Under the pieces are notes generated by a model. That model searched no databases, was not told the DNA's origin, and saw nothing but the letters and a program-made list of their open reading frames with translations. This document shows positions 22,855 through 37,104 of a DNA stretch of 64,000 nt, piece after piece (the first letter of the stretch is position 1; each line of letters opens with the position of its first letter). The DNA is from Squalus acanthias (lineage: Eukaryota). A program made the translations under genes and the position numbers. Where the stretch lies: contig CM059431.1 of NCBI GenBank assembly GCA_030390025.1, forward strand, positions 138,944,001 through 139,008,000, written 5' to 3'.

Positions 22855-23234
22855 CCTTGGCTGGAAAATGGATTCACAGGTCTCTCCAGGCCGAGATTCA
22901 AGGCTGCAATGAGCAGGGTGTGGCTGGGGAGCAAGATCGCCCCCCCCTTTAAGAACTGGCCGGCGCCAGTGTGTCTGTGTTCCCTCGCTAACTGGCAGCA
23001 CCTGCGCTGCGCTCGTGCTCTGAGTTAGCGCCTCACTCCTCGGCCTTTGCGCCTTAAGACAGGTGTGCAGCGCCTGATTTAGCACTCCAATCACCTCCCG
23101 GGGCGTTAAAAGTGAAGTTTCCAGTCAGTGGCGATAATTAGCGCCAGGCGCTAATTTTTGCGCCCGGACGATATTTGCGCCCCAAACGGGGCGCGACTGA
23201 ATTTTTCCCCTCTAATATTTCTAACTCAGTGGAA

Positions 23235-24070
23235 AATGTAGTTGGTACACACTACAGCCACGGTACGCCAGTGGTGGAGGGATTGAATGTGTTAGATGGT
23301 GGATGGGGTATCAATCAAGCGGGCTGCTTTGTCCTGGATGGTGTCGAGCTTCTTGAGTGTTGTTGGAGCTGCACTCATCCAGGCAAGTGGAGAGTATTCC
23401 ATCGCACTCCTTACTTGTACCTTGTAGATGGTAGAAAGGCTTTGGGGAGTCATGAGGTGAGACACGCTCCACAGAATACCTAGCATCTGACCTGCTCATG
23501 TTGCTACAATATTTATGTTGCTGGTCCAGTTAAGTTTCTGGTCATTGGTGACCCTCAGGATGTTGATGGTGGAGGTTTTGGCGATGGCATTGCCGTTGAA
23601 TTTCAAGGGACGGTGTATAGACTCTCGCTTGTTGGAGATAGTCCTTGCCTGGCACCTGTGTGGCGCCTGCCACTTATCAGCCCAAACCTGAATGTCGTCC
23701 AGGTCTTGTTGCATGCGGGCATGGACTGCTTCACTGTCTGAGGAGTTGTGAATGGCACTGAAAACTGTGCAAGCATCAGCGAACATTCCCAATTCTGACC
23801 TTATGTTGGAGGGAATGTCATTGATGAAGCAGCTGAAGTTGGTTGGGCCGAGGACACTACCCTAAGGAACCATGGCCGCGATGTCCTGGGGCTGTGATGA
23901 GCGACCTCCAACAACCACCACAGCCATCTTCCTTTGTGCTCGGTATGACTCCAGCCAGTGGAGAGTTTTCCCCCCGATTCCCATTGACTTCACTTTTATA
24001 GGGGCTCCTTGATGCCAGACTCGGTCAAATGCTGCCGTGATGTCAACGGCAGTCACTCTCACCTCACTTG
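23235..24070 (-). mobile_element. Non-LTR retrotransposon RT fragment from a family distinct from the CR1 copies
   Basis: VTAVDITAAFDRVWHQG, MFADACT, IYKVQVRSAMEYSPLAW with frameshifts. Confidence 0.85.
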
Positions 24071-24119
24071 TTCAAGCTTTTGCTCTCTATTTTACTTGTT
24101 GTTAATAGATGATTTGTTT

Positions 24120-25130
24120 GATTACATATCGGCTGCTCACGATCGAAGCCGCGTGCAGATACATCGCTGACCGATGGAATTAAAACCTCTGCCTGCCGCC
24201 TAACACGTGCCTTAAATATCGTTGGTCGTCTGAATCCAGTTAAATGAGAATATGCCTATTACACTGACAGCCCGGAATGAATCGCCACTTCCCCCAGAAG
24301 CTGGATGCCAGCCGGATCGGCTTAGTCTGGGCTCCAGGGGACCTGAATCCATTTGCAATTTGGGTTTTGGAGAAGCTCAGGATAAAGTGAAAGATTGGAG
24401 AGTGACGGGTACAGGGAGTATTTAGTAAATGAAGCCCATTCAAAATTAAGATACCAATGTTATTGTTAGCGTCAGGTTTTTGATACGTTTCTTGAACATT
24501 AAAGTGAGATTTCATGGGTTTATTAAGCGCATAATACACGCAATAGTACGTAAGCATATAATTCAAATGTACAAATTATAGTCACATCTGATGACGGTGG
24601 GTTGGGGATTCAAAAGTGTTACAGTTCTGAGCTCAGTATTTTGTAAAAATATCTAATAATCATTAGAAACAGCTCAAATTCGTATATTTCATTCACGCCC
24701 TCTACATGGAAATGCACACAATTCTGTATAATATAATTATATGAAAATTATTATTCAGCTTCATATAAGGAAAATTTAGTTTGGTTATCCTTGATCAATA
24801 ACGACAGTTTTCCTTGCTGAACGAGCTGTTTTCCCATTGGGCTAACAAGTATTCAAACCTTAGTTCATTATCTTATCGATAGTTTCACTCTTAATCCACA
24901 TAATTGCAATTCTACCAAGTGAAACCATGAATGAAATGTCTTGCTTGTATATGAATCATTGATGTCAATTAAAAATGATGATGTATGCCCAGATATTTCC
25001 CTTTGTAGAACTAACACATTCCCACACGTTATCAAATGATTAATGAATTTTAAATTGTATAATCAGTATAAAATGGCATGTTTTTAATTAAATCTCTCAT
25101 TACTTCATCCCGAAACTGACCATTGTTGCT
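24120..25130. repeat. Block A, inverted paralogue of 52570-53450
   Basis: CCCAGAAGCTGGATGCCAGCCGGAT (24293) is the reverse complement of ATCCGGCTAGCATCCAGCTTCTGGG (53231); several further collinear matches. Confidence 0.8.
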
Positions 25131-25362
25131 GAGTCAGCCCTGGTCCAACAACTCAGTGATGCTTTAAATTGACTTGTAATTCCTTGCTTAACAAACAAAG
25201 GCTAAAGATTAACATGATTAAAATAAAAAGAGAAAACAGGACAATATAACATTATCAGGTGTCAGGACAGCCTGATTAAGCCTCTCCTCATAGTAACCCC
25301 TCTATTGGCATTAGAGTATTTAAGGGCAACATTAAACAACATCTCATTAGCATCATATTTTT

Positions 25363-26623
25363 TTGGAAATTTTTGAGGATGTAACTTGGAAAATAGATAA
25401 GGGAGAACCAGTAGATGTGGTGTATTTGGACTTTCAAAAGGCTTTCGATAAGGTCCTGCATTAGAGATTAGCGTGTAAAGTTAAGGCACATGGGATTGGG
25501 GGCAAGGTATTGATTTGGATAGAGAACTGGTTGGCGGACAGAAAGCAGAGAGTAGGAATTAATGGGTCTTTTTCCGAGTGGCAAGCAGTGACTAGTGGGG
25601 TACCACAGGGATCGGTCCTTGGACCCCAGCTATTCACAATATACATTAATGATCTAGATAAGGGAACTAAATGTAATATCTCCAAGTTTGCAGATGACAC
25701 AAAGCTGGGTGGGCGTGTGTGCTGCGAGGAGGATACCGAGAAACTCCAGGATGATTTGGACAGGTTGGGTGAGTGGGCAGAAGCGTGGCGGATGCAATAT
25801 AATGTGGATAAATGCGAGGTTATCCACTTTGGTGTCAAAAACAGAAAGGCAGAATATTAGCTGAATGGCAATAGATTGGGAGAAGGGGAAGTGCAACGAG
25901 ACCTGGGTGTCCTTGTGCACCAGTCACTGAAAGTAAGCATGCAGGTGCAGCAGGCGGTGAAGAAGGCAAATGGTATGTTGGCCTTCATAGCGAAAGGGTT
26001 TGAGTATAGGAACAGGGATGTCCTGCTGCAGTTGTACAGGGCCTTGGTGAGACCACACCTTGAGTACTGTGTGCAGTTTTGGTCGCCTTATCTGAGGAAG
26101 GATGTTCTTGCCATGGAAGGAGTTCAGCGAAGATTCACAAGGCTGATACCTGGGATGGCAGGAATGACATATGAGGAGAGATTGGGTCGATTGGGCTTAT
26201 ACTCGCTGGAGTATAGAAGAATGAGAGGGGATCTCATCGAAACATATAACATTCTGACAGGTCTGGACAAACTAGATGCAGGAAGAATTTTCACGATGGT
26301 CGGAGAGTCCAGAACCAGGGGTCATAATCTAAGGATAACGGGTAAGCCATTTAGGACAGAAATGAGGAAGAATTTCTTCACCCAGAGAGTGGTGAACCTG
26401 CGGAATTCTCTACCTTAGAAGGTAGTTGAGGCCAAGTCATTAAATATATTCAAGAATGAGTTAGATATATTTCTTAAAGCTAAAGGTATCAAGGGATATG
26501 GGGAGAAGGCAGGTACAGTGTACTGAGTTTGGATGATCAGCCATGATCTCATCGAATGGCGGAGCAGGCTCGAGGGTCCGAATGGCCTACTCCTACTCCT
26601 ATCTTCTATGTTTCTATTTTTCT
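25363..26623 (+). mobile_element. CR1 LINE, 5'-truncated, young subfamily
   Basis: RT motifs GVPQGSVLGP and KFADDTKL, then the 3' UTR and (TTTCTATG)n tail. Near-identical to 32902-35292 and 50946-52336. Confidence 0.95.
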
Positions 26624-26624
26624 A

Positions 26625-26900
26625 AAACGCTCCCCTCAACCTGTCGTTGCTAGCGTCAGGCAGTAAGGCAGGGGGCGCCACTCAATATCCACTCCGGTGC
26701 GCTACCGGGGCACACTCGACTGACGTCATGATCTGCCGGTGCAGGAGATCATGGCGGTACTGTTTAGCGCCACCGCAAAATGTCTAGTTAATTTCACGAG
26801 CGGCGCAAACATCACCGCGCCTGGGCGCTAGTTGCTTTGCGCCCCATTAGCGCCCTCTGAAGGCGCTAACGGGAGGCGCAACCAACTGAAGTTTTCCCCC
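26625..26900 (-). mobile_element. Inverted left-end fragment of the Harbinger at 19083
   Basis: Reverse complement GGGGGAAAACTTCAGTTGGTTGCGCCTCCCGTTAGCGCC... matches 19083 to about 19220. Confidence 0.85.
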
Positions 26901-27599
26901 AAGATATATTGACAAGGGCAAAGCGCTTTGCTATCGGAAAATTACCTGAACAGCAGTGGTTAATTAATGGTTTGATGCTAGAACGTTCTAAAGCCCGACA
27001 ACTTGCAAAATACATTTGGAATGAAGACAGATGGCCCCACCGAATAAATAAATAAATCAATGTTACAGATACATGAAAATACACTGGCAAGCAGCAGAAG
27101 CATGAAATGCATTTACTTGTAAAACAACTTAAAAATCAATTTGCATCTAAAACGGAGAGATTCAATGATATTGGGAATGATCCTAATGATTCCTGGCACC
27201 GTTCCCCGGGAGTCTAGTTGTTGGTCATTGGCGATCTTACCGCTCCAGCTCCTGTCCAATCAGCATTGATGGGATTAACTCTTACAACAGCTGTTGATTC
27301 ACAACCTTTTAAAATTCATTATATGTGAAAAATGTTTTAATCCCCATTAATTAACCGATAATGTTCTTTTGCAAAATGAAAGAAATGCTAACATGGTGAC
27401 TGAGGGACAGTCCAAGCTTCAATCACTTATTTTGCTCTTTGCATGTGATGAACATTTATCCTTATCGCCTTTCAATTCTATATTTTGGAGCCTGGTTTTA
27501 AATGTTCTGTGCTGATGACTCCAGGAATCTGGGGCAATTTTTGTTAAGTTTAAGAGGATTGCCTAGTTCTCAGAAAAAAATCATTCTCTAACACAATGC

Positions 27600-28210
27600 T
27601 TTTAGAAAATACACTGACTTATCTTTCTGAGGTCCAAAGTGGATGACCAGACTATTCCCCACATTGAAATCCATTATTCACAGTTTAATCCATTCACATA
27701 ATCCATCAATATCCTTTTACAATTCACTGCTCCCATCTACACTGCTTACGGTGCTCCCAACTTAGTGCCATCAGAAAACTTGGATATCCGGTTCTCTATT
27801 CCTTCATCTAAGTCATTTATCAATATAGTGAAAAGCTGAGGCCCCAGTCCAGCTCCCAGGGGACACCACTAGTCACATCCTGCCAATTGGAGCACATTTC
27901 TATTATCCCTACTCCGTGTCTCCTACCTCCTAATCAATTCTCTACCCGTGTCATTACATTGCCTCAAATTCCATGCGCTTTGGTTTTTGCTCACAATCTC
28001 ATGTGAGGAACCTTATCAAATGTCTGCTGGATGTCGTTATATTAAATCTTGTAAATCCCTCTCTATGATTTCGTTTTCTTATTCTCCATGTCTCTATTAG
28101 TTTATCCTCTACTTTGAAGACCGATACAATGTAATTGTTTAGCATGTCTGCCATTTCCTTATTTTCAATTACAATGTCGCCTGCGTCTGTCTTTAAGGTG
28201 CCCGCATTGT
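27600..28210 (-). mobile_element. Degenerate CR1 fragment
   Basis: ENKEMADMLN and reverse-complement RT-like sequence. Confidence 0.65.
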
Positions 28211-28980
28211 CCTGAGCCTCTCTGTGAGACCGTGAATAATTATTTTGCTGCAGACTGAACGAAATGCTCATATGTTTGACGAGTGACAGAAACAATGTAA
28301 TGGCTTTTCTGCTCTGTATGTCCTGAACTTTTAACCTTCCCGTTTTGCTGTATTTTAAGAGTTTGGTTAAAAATGTTCAGTGCCTATGAAACCAGGAATC
28401 TGCTGCAACCGTTGTTAAATTTAAAATGATTGTAGCCTCTTTCACACGAGAAGAATCGTTCATGAGGAGCAAGTTCCCACTAATTGTTTCCGCCCGGGGT
28501 TTGCACATTGAGGCCCAAAGAAATTTTCCCTCACTCCGGTATCTGTAAATGCTGCGAGAAGGCTGAGTGACCCGGATATAATCGCCCCGCCTTTTCGGGA
28601 GCCTGTGCTGGGTGTGCGGGGAGATTTGGCCCGGGCCGTGGCAGCTTGCATTCCAGTGATGGGCAGTAACCCGCTGATTGAGGCTGCATTCGCCGCTTTC
28701 CGCTGGCAGCGGGTGATTGGAGAGCGCGGGACCGGAATGTTGCTGCTTGTCCCGGCCTCACTCACTCTGGAGCTGGGGAAGAGCGGATCATTGATGGGTT
28801 TGTTCCCGGGTCTGAAATGTGGCTTCGAACTGCTGCTGTTGACCGAGGCAGCCCTGCAGGATCCTTGAATCATCTCTCACAATTCAACTGATATCAGCCG
28901 GAATGTGCAGCTATGAGAGGGGCTTTCTGCACCGTCAGGACTGTTGACGGAAGCGAGTAAGAGAAGAGAGAGCACAGTGA

Positions 28981-29545
28981 CATAGGAACAGGAGCAGACC
29001 ATTCAGCCCCTCCGGCCTGTTCCGCCATTCAAATAGATCATGGCTGATCTGCGACCTAACTCCATATATCCGCCTTACATATCGTTTCATACCTTAACTT
29101 AACAAAAAACTATCAATCTCAGATTTAAACTTAACAATTGACATTGCATCAACTGCCATTCGCAGAAGAGAGTTCCAAAATTCTACCACATTTTGTGCGT
29201 AGAAGTGTTTCCTAATTTCACTCCTGAAATGTCTGTCTCTAATTTTTAGACTATGCCCCCTACTCCTAGAATCCCCATATAGCAAAAATAGTTTCTCGCT
29301 ATCTACCATATCTGTTCCCCTTATTATCTTGAAAAATTCGATCAGGTCACCCCTTAACCTTCTAAACTCTATTGAATACAACCCTAATTTATGTAATCTT
29401 TCTTCTTAACTTAACCCTTGAAGTCCGGGTATAATTCTGGTAAACCTGCGCTGCACTCCCTCCCAAGCCAATATATCCTTCCTAACTTGTGGTGTCCAGA
29501 ACTGCTCACAGTACTCCAGGAGTGGTCTAACCAGGGTTTTCTATA
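28981..29545 (-). mobile_element. CR1 3' fragment
   Basis: YSIEFRRLRGDLIE...SRGHSLKI plus 3' UTR. Confidence 0.85.
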
Positions 29546-29584
29546 GTTGCAGCGACCCTACATACAGAGATACAGAGACACTCA

Positions 29585-32141
29585 TAGAGTCATAGAGTTA
29601 TACAGGACAAAAAGACGACCTTCGGCACAGCGTATCCGCGCCGGCCATCAAGCCCTGTCTATCCTAATCCCATTTCCCAGCACTTGGTCCGTAGCCTTGT
29701 ATGCTATGGCGTTTCAAGTGCTCATCTAAATGCTTTTTGAATGTTGTGAGGGTTCCTGCCTCTACCATCCTTTCAGGCAGTGACTTCCAGATTCCAAACA
29801 CCCTCTGGGTGAAAAAGTTTTTCCTCAAATCCCCTCTAACCATCCTGCACCTTAACTTGAAACTATGCCCCCTGGTTATTGATGCCTCTGCTAAGGGGAA
29901 AAGTTCCTTTCTATCTACCATCTCTCTGCCCCTCATAATTGTGTACACCTCAATCAGGTCCCCCCTCGGCCTTCCCTGCTCTAAGGAAAACAACCCCAGC
30001 CTCTCCAGTCTCTCTCCAGTCTCTCTTCATAGCTGAAGCGCTCCAGCCCAGGTAACATCCTGGTGAATCTCCTTTGCATCCTCTCCAATGCATTCACATC
30101 CTTCCTATTGTGTGGAGAACCAGAACTGCACACAGTATTCCAGCTGTGACCTAACTAGCATTTTGTAGCGCTCCATCATAACCTCCCTGCTCTTATATTC
30201 TATGCCTCGGCTAATGAAGGCAAGTATCCCATATGCCTTTTTAACCAGCTTATCTACCTGTCCTGCTGCATTCAGGGATCTATGTACATGCACACAAAGG
30301 TCCCTCTGAACCGATGTCCTTCCTAGGGTCCTACCATTCATTGTGTATTCCCTTGCCTTGTTAGTCCTCCCAAAATGCATCACCTCACACTTTTCAGGGT
30401 TAAATTCCATTTGCCAGTGTTCTGCCCATCTAACCAGCCGGTCTATATGGTCCAGTAGTCTGAGGCTTCGCTCCTCGCTATTTACCACTCCACCAATTTT
30501 CGTGTCATCTGCGAACTTACTGATCATAACTCCTATATTCATATCTAAATCATTAATGTACACTACAAACAGTAAAGGACCCAGAACCGATCCCCACACT
30601 GGACACAGGCTTCCAGTCACAAAAACAACCTTCGACCATCACCCTCTGCCTCCTGCCACTAAGCCAATTTTGGATCCAATGTGCCAAATTGCCCTGGATC
30701 ACATGGGCTCTTACCTTCTTGGCCAGTCTCCCATGTGGGAATTTGTCAAAAACCTTACTGAAGTCCATGTGGACTACATCAACTGCACTACCCTCATCCA
30801 CACACCTAGTCACCCCCTCGAAAAATTCAATCAAATTGGTTAGACATGAACTCCCCCTGACAAAGCGATGCTGACTATCCTTGATTAATCCTTGCCTCTC
30901 CAAGTGGAGACTAATTCTGTCCCTTAGAATTGTTTCCAATAATTTCCCTGCCACTGATGTTAGGCTCACTGACTAGTCATTCCCTCGTTTATCCCTACTT
31001 CCCTTCTTGAATAATGATACTACATTAGCTGTTCTCCAGTCCTCTGGCACCTCCCCTGTGGCCAGAGAGGTTATGAAAATGTGTGTAAGAGCCCCTGAAA
31101 TCTCCTCCCTTGCCTCAGACAGCAGCTTGGGATACATCCCGTCTGGGCCTGGGCGTGTATCCACTTTTAAGCCCGCTAAAACCGCTAGTAGCTCCTCCCT
31201 CTCAATACTAATTTCTTCAAGTATATCACAATCCCCCTGCCTGATTTCGATGCCTACATCGTCCTACTCCGTAGTGAACACAGGTTCAAAATATTCACAC
31301 TTCTAGCTCTACACACAGATTGACACTTTGGTCCCTAATGGGCCCTAATCTTTCCCTGGTTATCCTTTTGCCCTTAATATACTTATAAATCAATTTGGGA
31401 TTTTCCTTTATTTTGCCCGCCAGTGATTTCCATGCACCCTCTTCGCTCTCCTAATTTAATTTTCAAGTACCCCCTGCAATGTGTATACTCCTCTCGGGCT
31501 TCCACTATGTTTAGTCCTTTGTATCTGCCAACGGCCTCCTTTTTTTTCCTAATCCATTCTTGTATATCCCTTGACATCCAGGGTTCCCTGGGCTTGTTGG
31601 TCCCACCTTGATCTTTACGAGAACATGTTGGCGTTGTACTCTCTCTATTTTCTTTCTGAAAGACTCCCACTGCTTTGATGTGGATTTTCCTACAAGTAGC
31701 TGATCCCAGTACACTTTGGCCAGATCCTGCCTTATCATATTAAAATCGGCCTTCCCCCAATTTAGAACCTTTATTTCTGGTCCATCATTGTCGTTTTCCA
31801 TGTGTCCCTTAAATCTCACCGAATTATGGTCACTGTCACCAAAGTGCTCTCCTACTGACACTTCTACCACGTGCCCGGCTACATTCCCTAGAATTTGGTC
31901 TAGTACCGCCCCCTCTCTTATAGGACTTTCTACATGCTGGCTCAAAAAGCTCTTCTGGATGCACTTTAAGAATTCCACTCCCTCTAAGCCTTTCACACTC
32001 TAACTATCCCAGTTAATATTGGGGAAGTTGAAATCCCCTAATATTATTACCCTATTATTTCTACACTTCTCTGAAATTTGCCTACATATCTGTTCCTCTA
32101 TCTCCCCCTGATTGTTTGGGGGCCTATAGTACACTCCCAGA
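29585..32141 (-). mobile_element. CR1 LINE ORF2 (endonuclease C-terminus to 3' end), different subfamily, frameshifted
   Basis: GDFNF...GDSDHN, PGPDGMYPKLL, DFSKVFDK, KFADDTKI; (CATAGAGT)n tail. Confidence 0.93.
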
Positions 32142-32149
32142 GGCAGTTA

Positions 32150-32450
32150 TACAAAGGGGAGAAAGTTTTGCTACAGCTGTACAAAGTTCTGGTTAGACCA
32201 CCTCTGGAATACTCTCTACAGTTCTGGACACGGCAACTCAGAAAGGTTTGACATTGGCCTCGGAAGCAGTGCAGCACAGATCCACCAGAATGTTTCCAGG
32301 GTCCAATGGTGAGATTATGAGGCGATATTACATAAACTAGGCTTGTATTCCTTGGAATATAGAAGGTTAAGCGCCGATTTCATTGAGGTTTTTAGAATTA
32401 TGAAAGGAATTAATGGGGTTAAAATAGAGAAACTTTTTTTCACTTGATCA
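32150..32450 (+). mobile_element. Degenerate CR1 fragment
   Basis: LLQLYKVLVRPPLEY-like sequence. Confidence 0.7.
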
Positions 32451-32901
32451 TTGTGCACAGGACCCTTACTTGGAAAAATGATCGATAACTTTCTATGACG
32501 TTGGAGTATTTTTGTTGTCCTGTTCTGCAAATTCTGTCATCAATCTACCCACTGAAATGATCTGGTAGCGCAGGTGTTGGACAAACTCCATGTGTCATTA
32601 TACAAGTCGGTTGCTTTACACGTAGTGCGTTCTGCCCTCATCTTGAAATGCGAGTCTCTTCAATATCCAATACAAACGGAATTGCAAACTTGAAGGACAA
32701 GCATGGGAATACAAGTCACTCGTGAACACAAACCTCATGCTGCTCACTTTCAAGGTCATAGCAGTCAGCTTTTATATAAAGTGAAATAAATATGCATTGA
32801 TAAGATTTGGAAATAGATGTTACTTGTATTTGTGTCTTTTGTTGTTCTATTTATTAAACTTTCAGGCGTCTGACTCCCGTTCAGCCTCTTCTTCCTCTAT
32901 T

Positions 32902-35292
32902 AACATAGAAACATAGAAGATAGGAGCAGGAGCAGGCCATTCTGCCCCTCGAGCCTGCTCCGCCATTCGATGAGATCATGGCTGATCATCCAAACTCAGT
33001 ACCCTGTACCTGCCTTCTCCCCAGATCCCTTGAAACCTTGAGCTTTAAGAAATATATCTAACTCATTCTTGAATATATTTAATGACTTGGCCTCAACTAC
33101 CTTCTGCGGTAGAGAATTCCATAGGTTCACCACTCTCTGGGTGAAGAAATTCTTCCTCATTTCTGTCCTAAATGGCTTACCCATTATCCTTAGATTATGA
33201 CCCCTGGTTCTGGACTCTCCGACCATCGGGAACATTCTTCCTGCATCTAGTTTGTCCAGACCTGTCAGAATTTTATATGTTTCGATGAGATCCCCTCTCA
33301 TTCTTCTATACTCCAGCGAGTATAAGCCCAATCGACCCACTCTCTCCTCATATGTCATTCCTGCCATCCCAGGTATCAGCCTTGTGAATCTTCGCTGAAC
33401 TCCTTCCATGGCAAGAACATCCTTCCTCAGATAAGGCGACCAAAACTGCACACAGTACTCAAGGTGTGGTCTCACCAAGGCCCTGTACAACTGCAGCAGG
33501 ACATCCCTGTTCCTATACTCAAACCCTTTCGCTATGAAGGCCAACATACCATTTGCCTTCTTCACCGCCTACTGCACCTGCATGCTTACTTTCAGCGACT
33601 GGTGCATAAGGACACCCAGGTCTCGTTGCACTTCCAATTCTCCCAATCTATTGCCATTCAGATAATAGTCTGCCTTTCTGTTTTTGACACCAAAGTGGAT
33701 AACCTCGCACTTATCCACTTTATATTGCATCTGCCACGCTTCTGCCCACTCACCCAACCTATCCAAATCATCCTGGAGTTTCTCGGTATCCTCCTCGCAG
33801 CACACACTCCCACCCAGCTTTGTGTCATCTGCAAACTTGGAGATATTACATTTAGTTCCCTTATCTAGATCATTAATGTATATTGTGAATAGCTGGGGTC
33901 CAAGGACCGATCCCTGCGGTACCCCACTAGTCACTGCTTGCCACTCGGAAAAAGACCCATTAATTCCTACTCTCTGCTTTCTGTCTGGCAACCATTTCTC
34001 TATCCAAGTCAATACCTTGCCCCCAATCCCATGTGCCTTAACTTTACACGCTAATCTCTTATGCGGGACCTTATGGAAAGCCTTTTGAAAGTCCAAATAC
34101 AGCACATCTACTGGTTCTCCCTTATCTATTTTCCCAGTTACATCCTCAACAAATTCCAGTAGATTAGTCAAGCACGATTTAACTTTTCTAAATCCATGTT
34201 GACTTTGTCCGATACTGTCACTGTTTTTCAAGTGCTCAGCTATTACATCCTTTATAATGGACTCTAGCATTTTCCCCAATACCGATGTCAGACTTACCGG
34301 TAATTCCCCGCTTTCTCTCTACCACCCTTTTTGAATAGTGGGGTTACATTAGCTACCCTCCAATCCATGGGTACAGTTCCAGATTCCATCGAATGTTGGA
34401 AGATCATCAGCAATGCATCTACTATTTCTAGGGCCACTTCCTTAAGTACCCTAGGATGTAGATTATCAGGCCCTGGGGAATTATCAGCCTTCAATCCCGT
34501 CAATTTCCCTAACACCATTTCCCTGCAAATACTGATTTCTTTCAGTTCCTCCCTTTCATCAGACCCTATGTTCTCCAACATCTCTGGGAGGTTATTTGTG
34601 TCCTCCTTTGTGAAGACAGAACCAAAATATGCATTTAATTGGTCTGCCATTTCTTTGTTCCCCATTATAACTTCCCCCGCTTCTGACTGCAAGGGACCTA
34701 CACTTGATTTCTCTAATCTTTTTCTCTTCACATATCTATAAAAGCTCTTACAGTCAGTTTTTATGTTCCCAGCAAGCTTACTTTCATATTCTATTTTCCC
34801 CTTCTTAATTAATCCCTTTGTCCTCCTTTGTGGAATCCTAAACTGCTCCCAATCCTCAGGGCTACCGCTTTTTCTGGCCAATTTACATGCCCTCTCCTTG
34901 GATCTTATGCAATCCCTAATTTCCCTTGTTAGCCACGGTTGAGTCACCTTTTTTGTTTTATTCTTATGCCACACTGGGATGAACAAATTCTGTAGTTCAT
35001 CCATGCAGTCTTTGAATGTTTGCCATTGCCTATCCACCATCAACCCCTTGAGTGACATTCCCCAATCAATCCTACCCAATTCGCGCCTCATACCATCATA
35101 GTTTCCTTTATTTAAATTCTGGACCCTAGTCTCTGATTCAACTACTTCACTCTCCATCCTAATGCAGAATTCTATCATATTATGATCACTCTGACCCAAG
35201 TGGCCTCGTACAACAAGATTGCTAATTAATCCTTTCTCGTTACATAATACCCAGTCTAAGATGGCCTGATGTCTGGTTAGTTCCTCGACATA
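32902..35292 (-). mobile_element. CR1 LINE, 5'-truncated, young subfamily
   Basis: ORF2 pieces of 301, 236 and 189 aa with RT motifs, and a (CATAGAAA)n tail. It interrupts block B, whose empty paralogue is at 40260-40500. Confidence 0.95.
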
Positions 35293-35892
35293 TTGAGAAA
35301 GGAGGAGTTTGACGTTGACCAGAGCCGCACTGGGCCTGATATTTGTGAGCTCATCCTTATATTTACTGTTCTATGTCCCTTTGTTCGGTGTCAGCTTAAG
35401 CTCATTATATTATACAAATATGGAACTATTAAGAGGGGTGACCCAAACTGTTCAAAGCCTTCTGTTTTAAGGAGGGTCTGAAAGGAGGTGAGGGAGGGGT
35501 AAAGGTGGAGGGGTTTAGGCAGGGAGTTCCAGAGCATGTCACCTACACAAATATTGCATCATGTTCGCATGTGCCTGCTGTCAGACCGCAGTGTTTTACA
35601 ACGTTTTACATTGAAAAAATACAGTTATTAGATGCAGCTAAATTATCACTAAATGGCCCAGGGTGTTTCAAATTGTTTTCCCTAATGCCAGCTGTACAAT
35701 AGCCACACATTCAATGTAGCCTCACACGGTGCGATGTCCTGTTCCAGTTCCATATATGTAGATGCAGAATAAATTTCCATTAGTTTATTTGAACCCAAGA
35801 ACTTAATATATTTCTAACGGGTTGGATGAAGGAACATGATCCATCGACATGTTTTTATTATTTGATTTGAAATGAGGGCTCATAAAAGTATT

Positions 35893-36190
35893 TTGGTGGT
35901 TAGCACTGTTGCCTCATAACGCCAGGAACCCGGTTTCGAATCCGGCCACGGGTGACTGTCTGTGTGGAATTTGCTCATTCTCCCCGTGTCTGCGTGGGTT
36001 TTCTCCGGGTGCTCTGGTTTCCTCCCACAGTCCAAAGATGTGAAGGTTAGGTTGATTTGGCTATGATAAATTGACCCTTAGTGTTAGGGGGATTAAATAC
36101 GTGGGGTTGCGGGGATAGGGTGGGATATGTGTCGGTGCAGGCTCGATGGGCCGAAATGGCCTCTCTCTGCACTGTGGGGATTCTGTGTGA
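35893..36190 (+). mobile_element. tRNA-derived V-SINE (HE1-like)
   Basis: A/B-box head TGGTTAGCAC...GGTTTCGAATCC, V-domain GTGTCTGCGTGGGTTTTCTCCGGGTGCTCTGGTTTCCTCCCACA, CR1-like tail. Confidence 0.85.
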
Positions 36191-37104
36191 AAACTGGCGA
36201 ATGTATTTTATTTTTTGGATTTTCCTGCTCCTAACTGGCAATATTTTCCAAACTTAGTCGGTTTGCTTCATGTCCAGGGATGAGGGAATTCAGTTATGTG
36301 GAGCGACTATCGAAGCTGGGAATGTTCTCATTAGAGCAAAGAAGGATTAAGTGGCGATTTAATGCAGGTGTTCCAATATATGGGGGGGGGGAGGGGGCGG
36401 GGTAATAGAGCAGAGAGGGTGAAACTGTTTCCACTGACAAGAGGGTCGGTAACAAGGGGACACTGATTTAAGATAATTGGGTAAAAAAAAGCCGCGGCGG
36501 GGGAGGTGGTGTGGGGAGATTGTTCTTTACTCAGCGAGTTGTCACGGTCTGGGTGAGAGAGCGTGCACTGCTTGAGGGCGGGGAAAGCAGATTCAATAAT
36601 AACTTTAAAAAGGGAAGTTAACATGAAAAGCATTGCAGGGCTATGGGGAAAAAGCAGGGGAGTGGGAATAATTGGATCGCTCTTTCAAAGAGTCGGCACA
36701 GGCTCGGTGGGCCTAATGGCCTCCTACTGTGCTGTGTGATTCTATGATTCTGTGTCCGATCCTTGACAACAGCCTCTCCCCGCGGTTTCCCACCTCTCCC
36801 ATGTTCCTATCGTTGTCTCAATGGCAGCAACCGTGACGTCACACTCTGGAACGCTCACACCATCCAGGACACTGGAAGTGGAACTAGGAGAAGTCATTCT
36901 AGAGCTCGATGGGATTTTCGGCAATAATCGAGAAATGAGGTCAATCACAGTCTAAAAGTTGTATATAGCAAGGATAAAATAAAAAGCAAATATGATAATG
37001 GATAGTAGGCAGGTGGGTGGAGTTAAGATACAGATCAGCCGTGATCTAATTAATAGGCGAAACAGGCTCGAGGGGCTGAATGGCCTCCTCCTATGTGTCT
37101 AACA

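Larger units (their letters stand above)
19083..23211. mobile_element. Autonomous PIF/Harbinger DNA transposon
   Basis: TIR core GGGGAAAAATTCAGT at both ends, imperfect 3-bp flanks CGA/CTA, GCGCC-rich subterminal regions, and two convergent genes (transposase and Myb/SANT). Confidence 0.92.

Noticed and set aside
28460..28900. GC-rich ORFs as a host exon
   Set aside because: No recognisable domain or convincing splice context; more likely a TE remnant.
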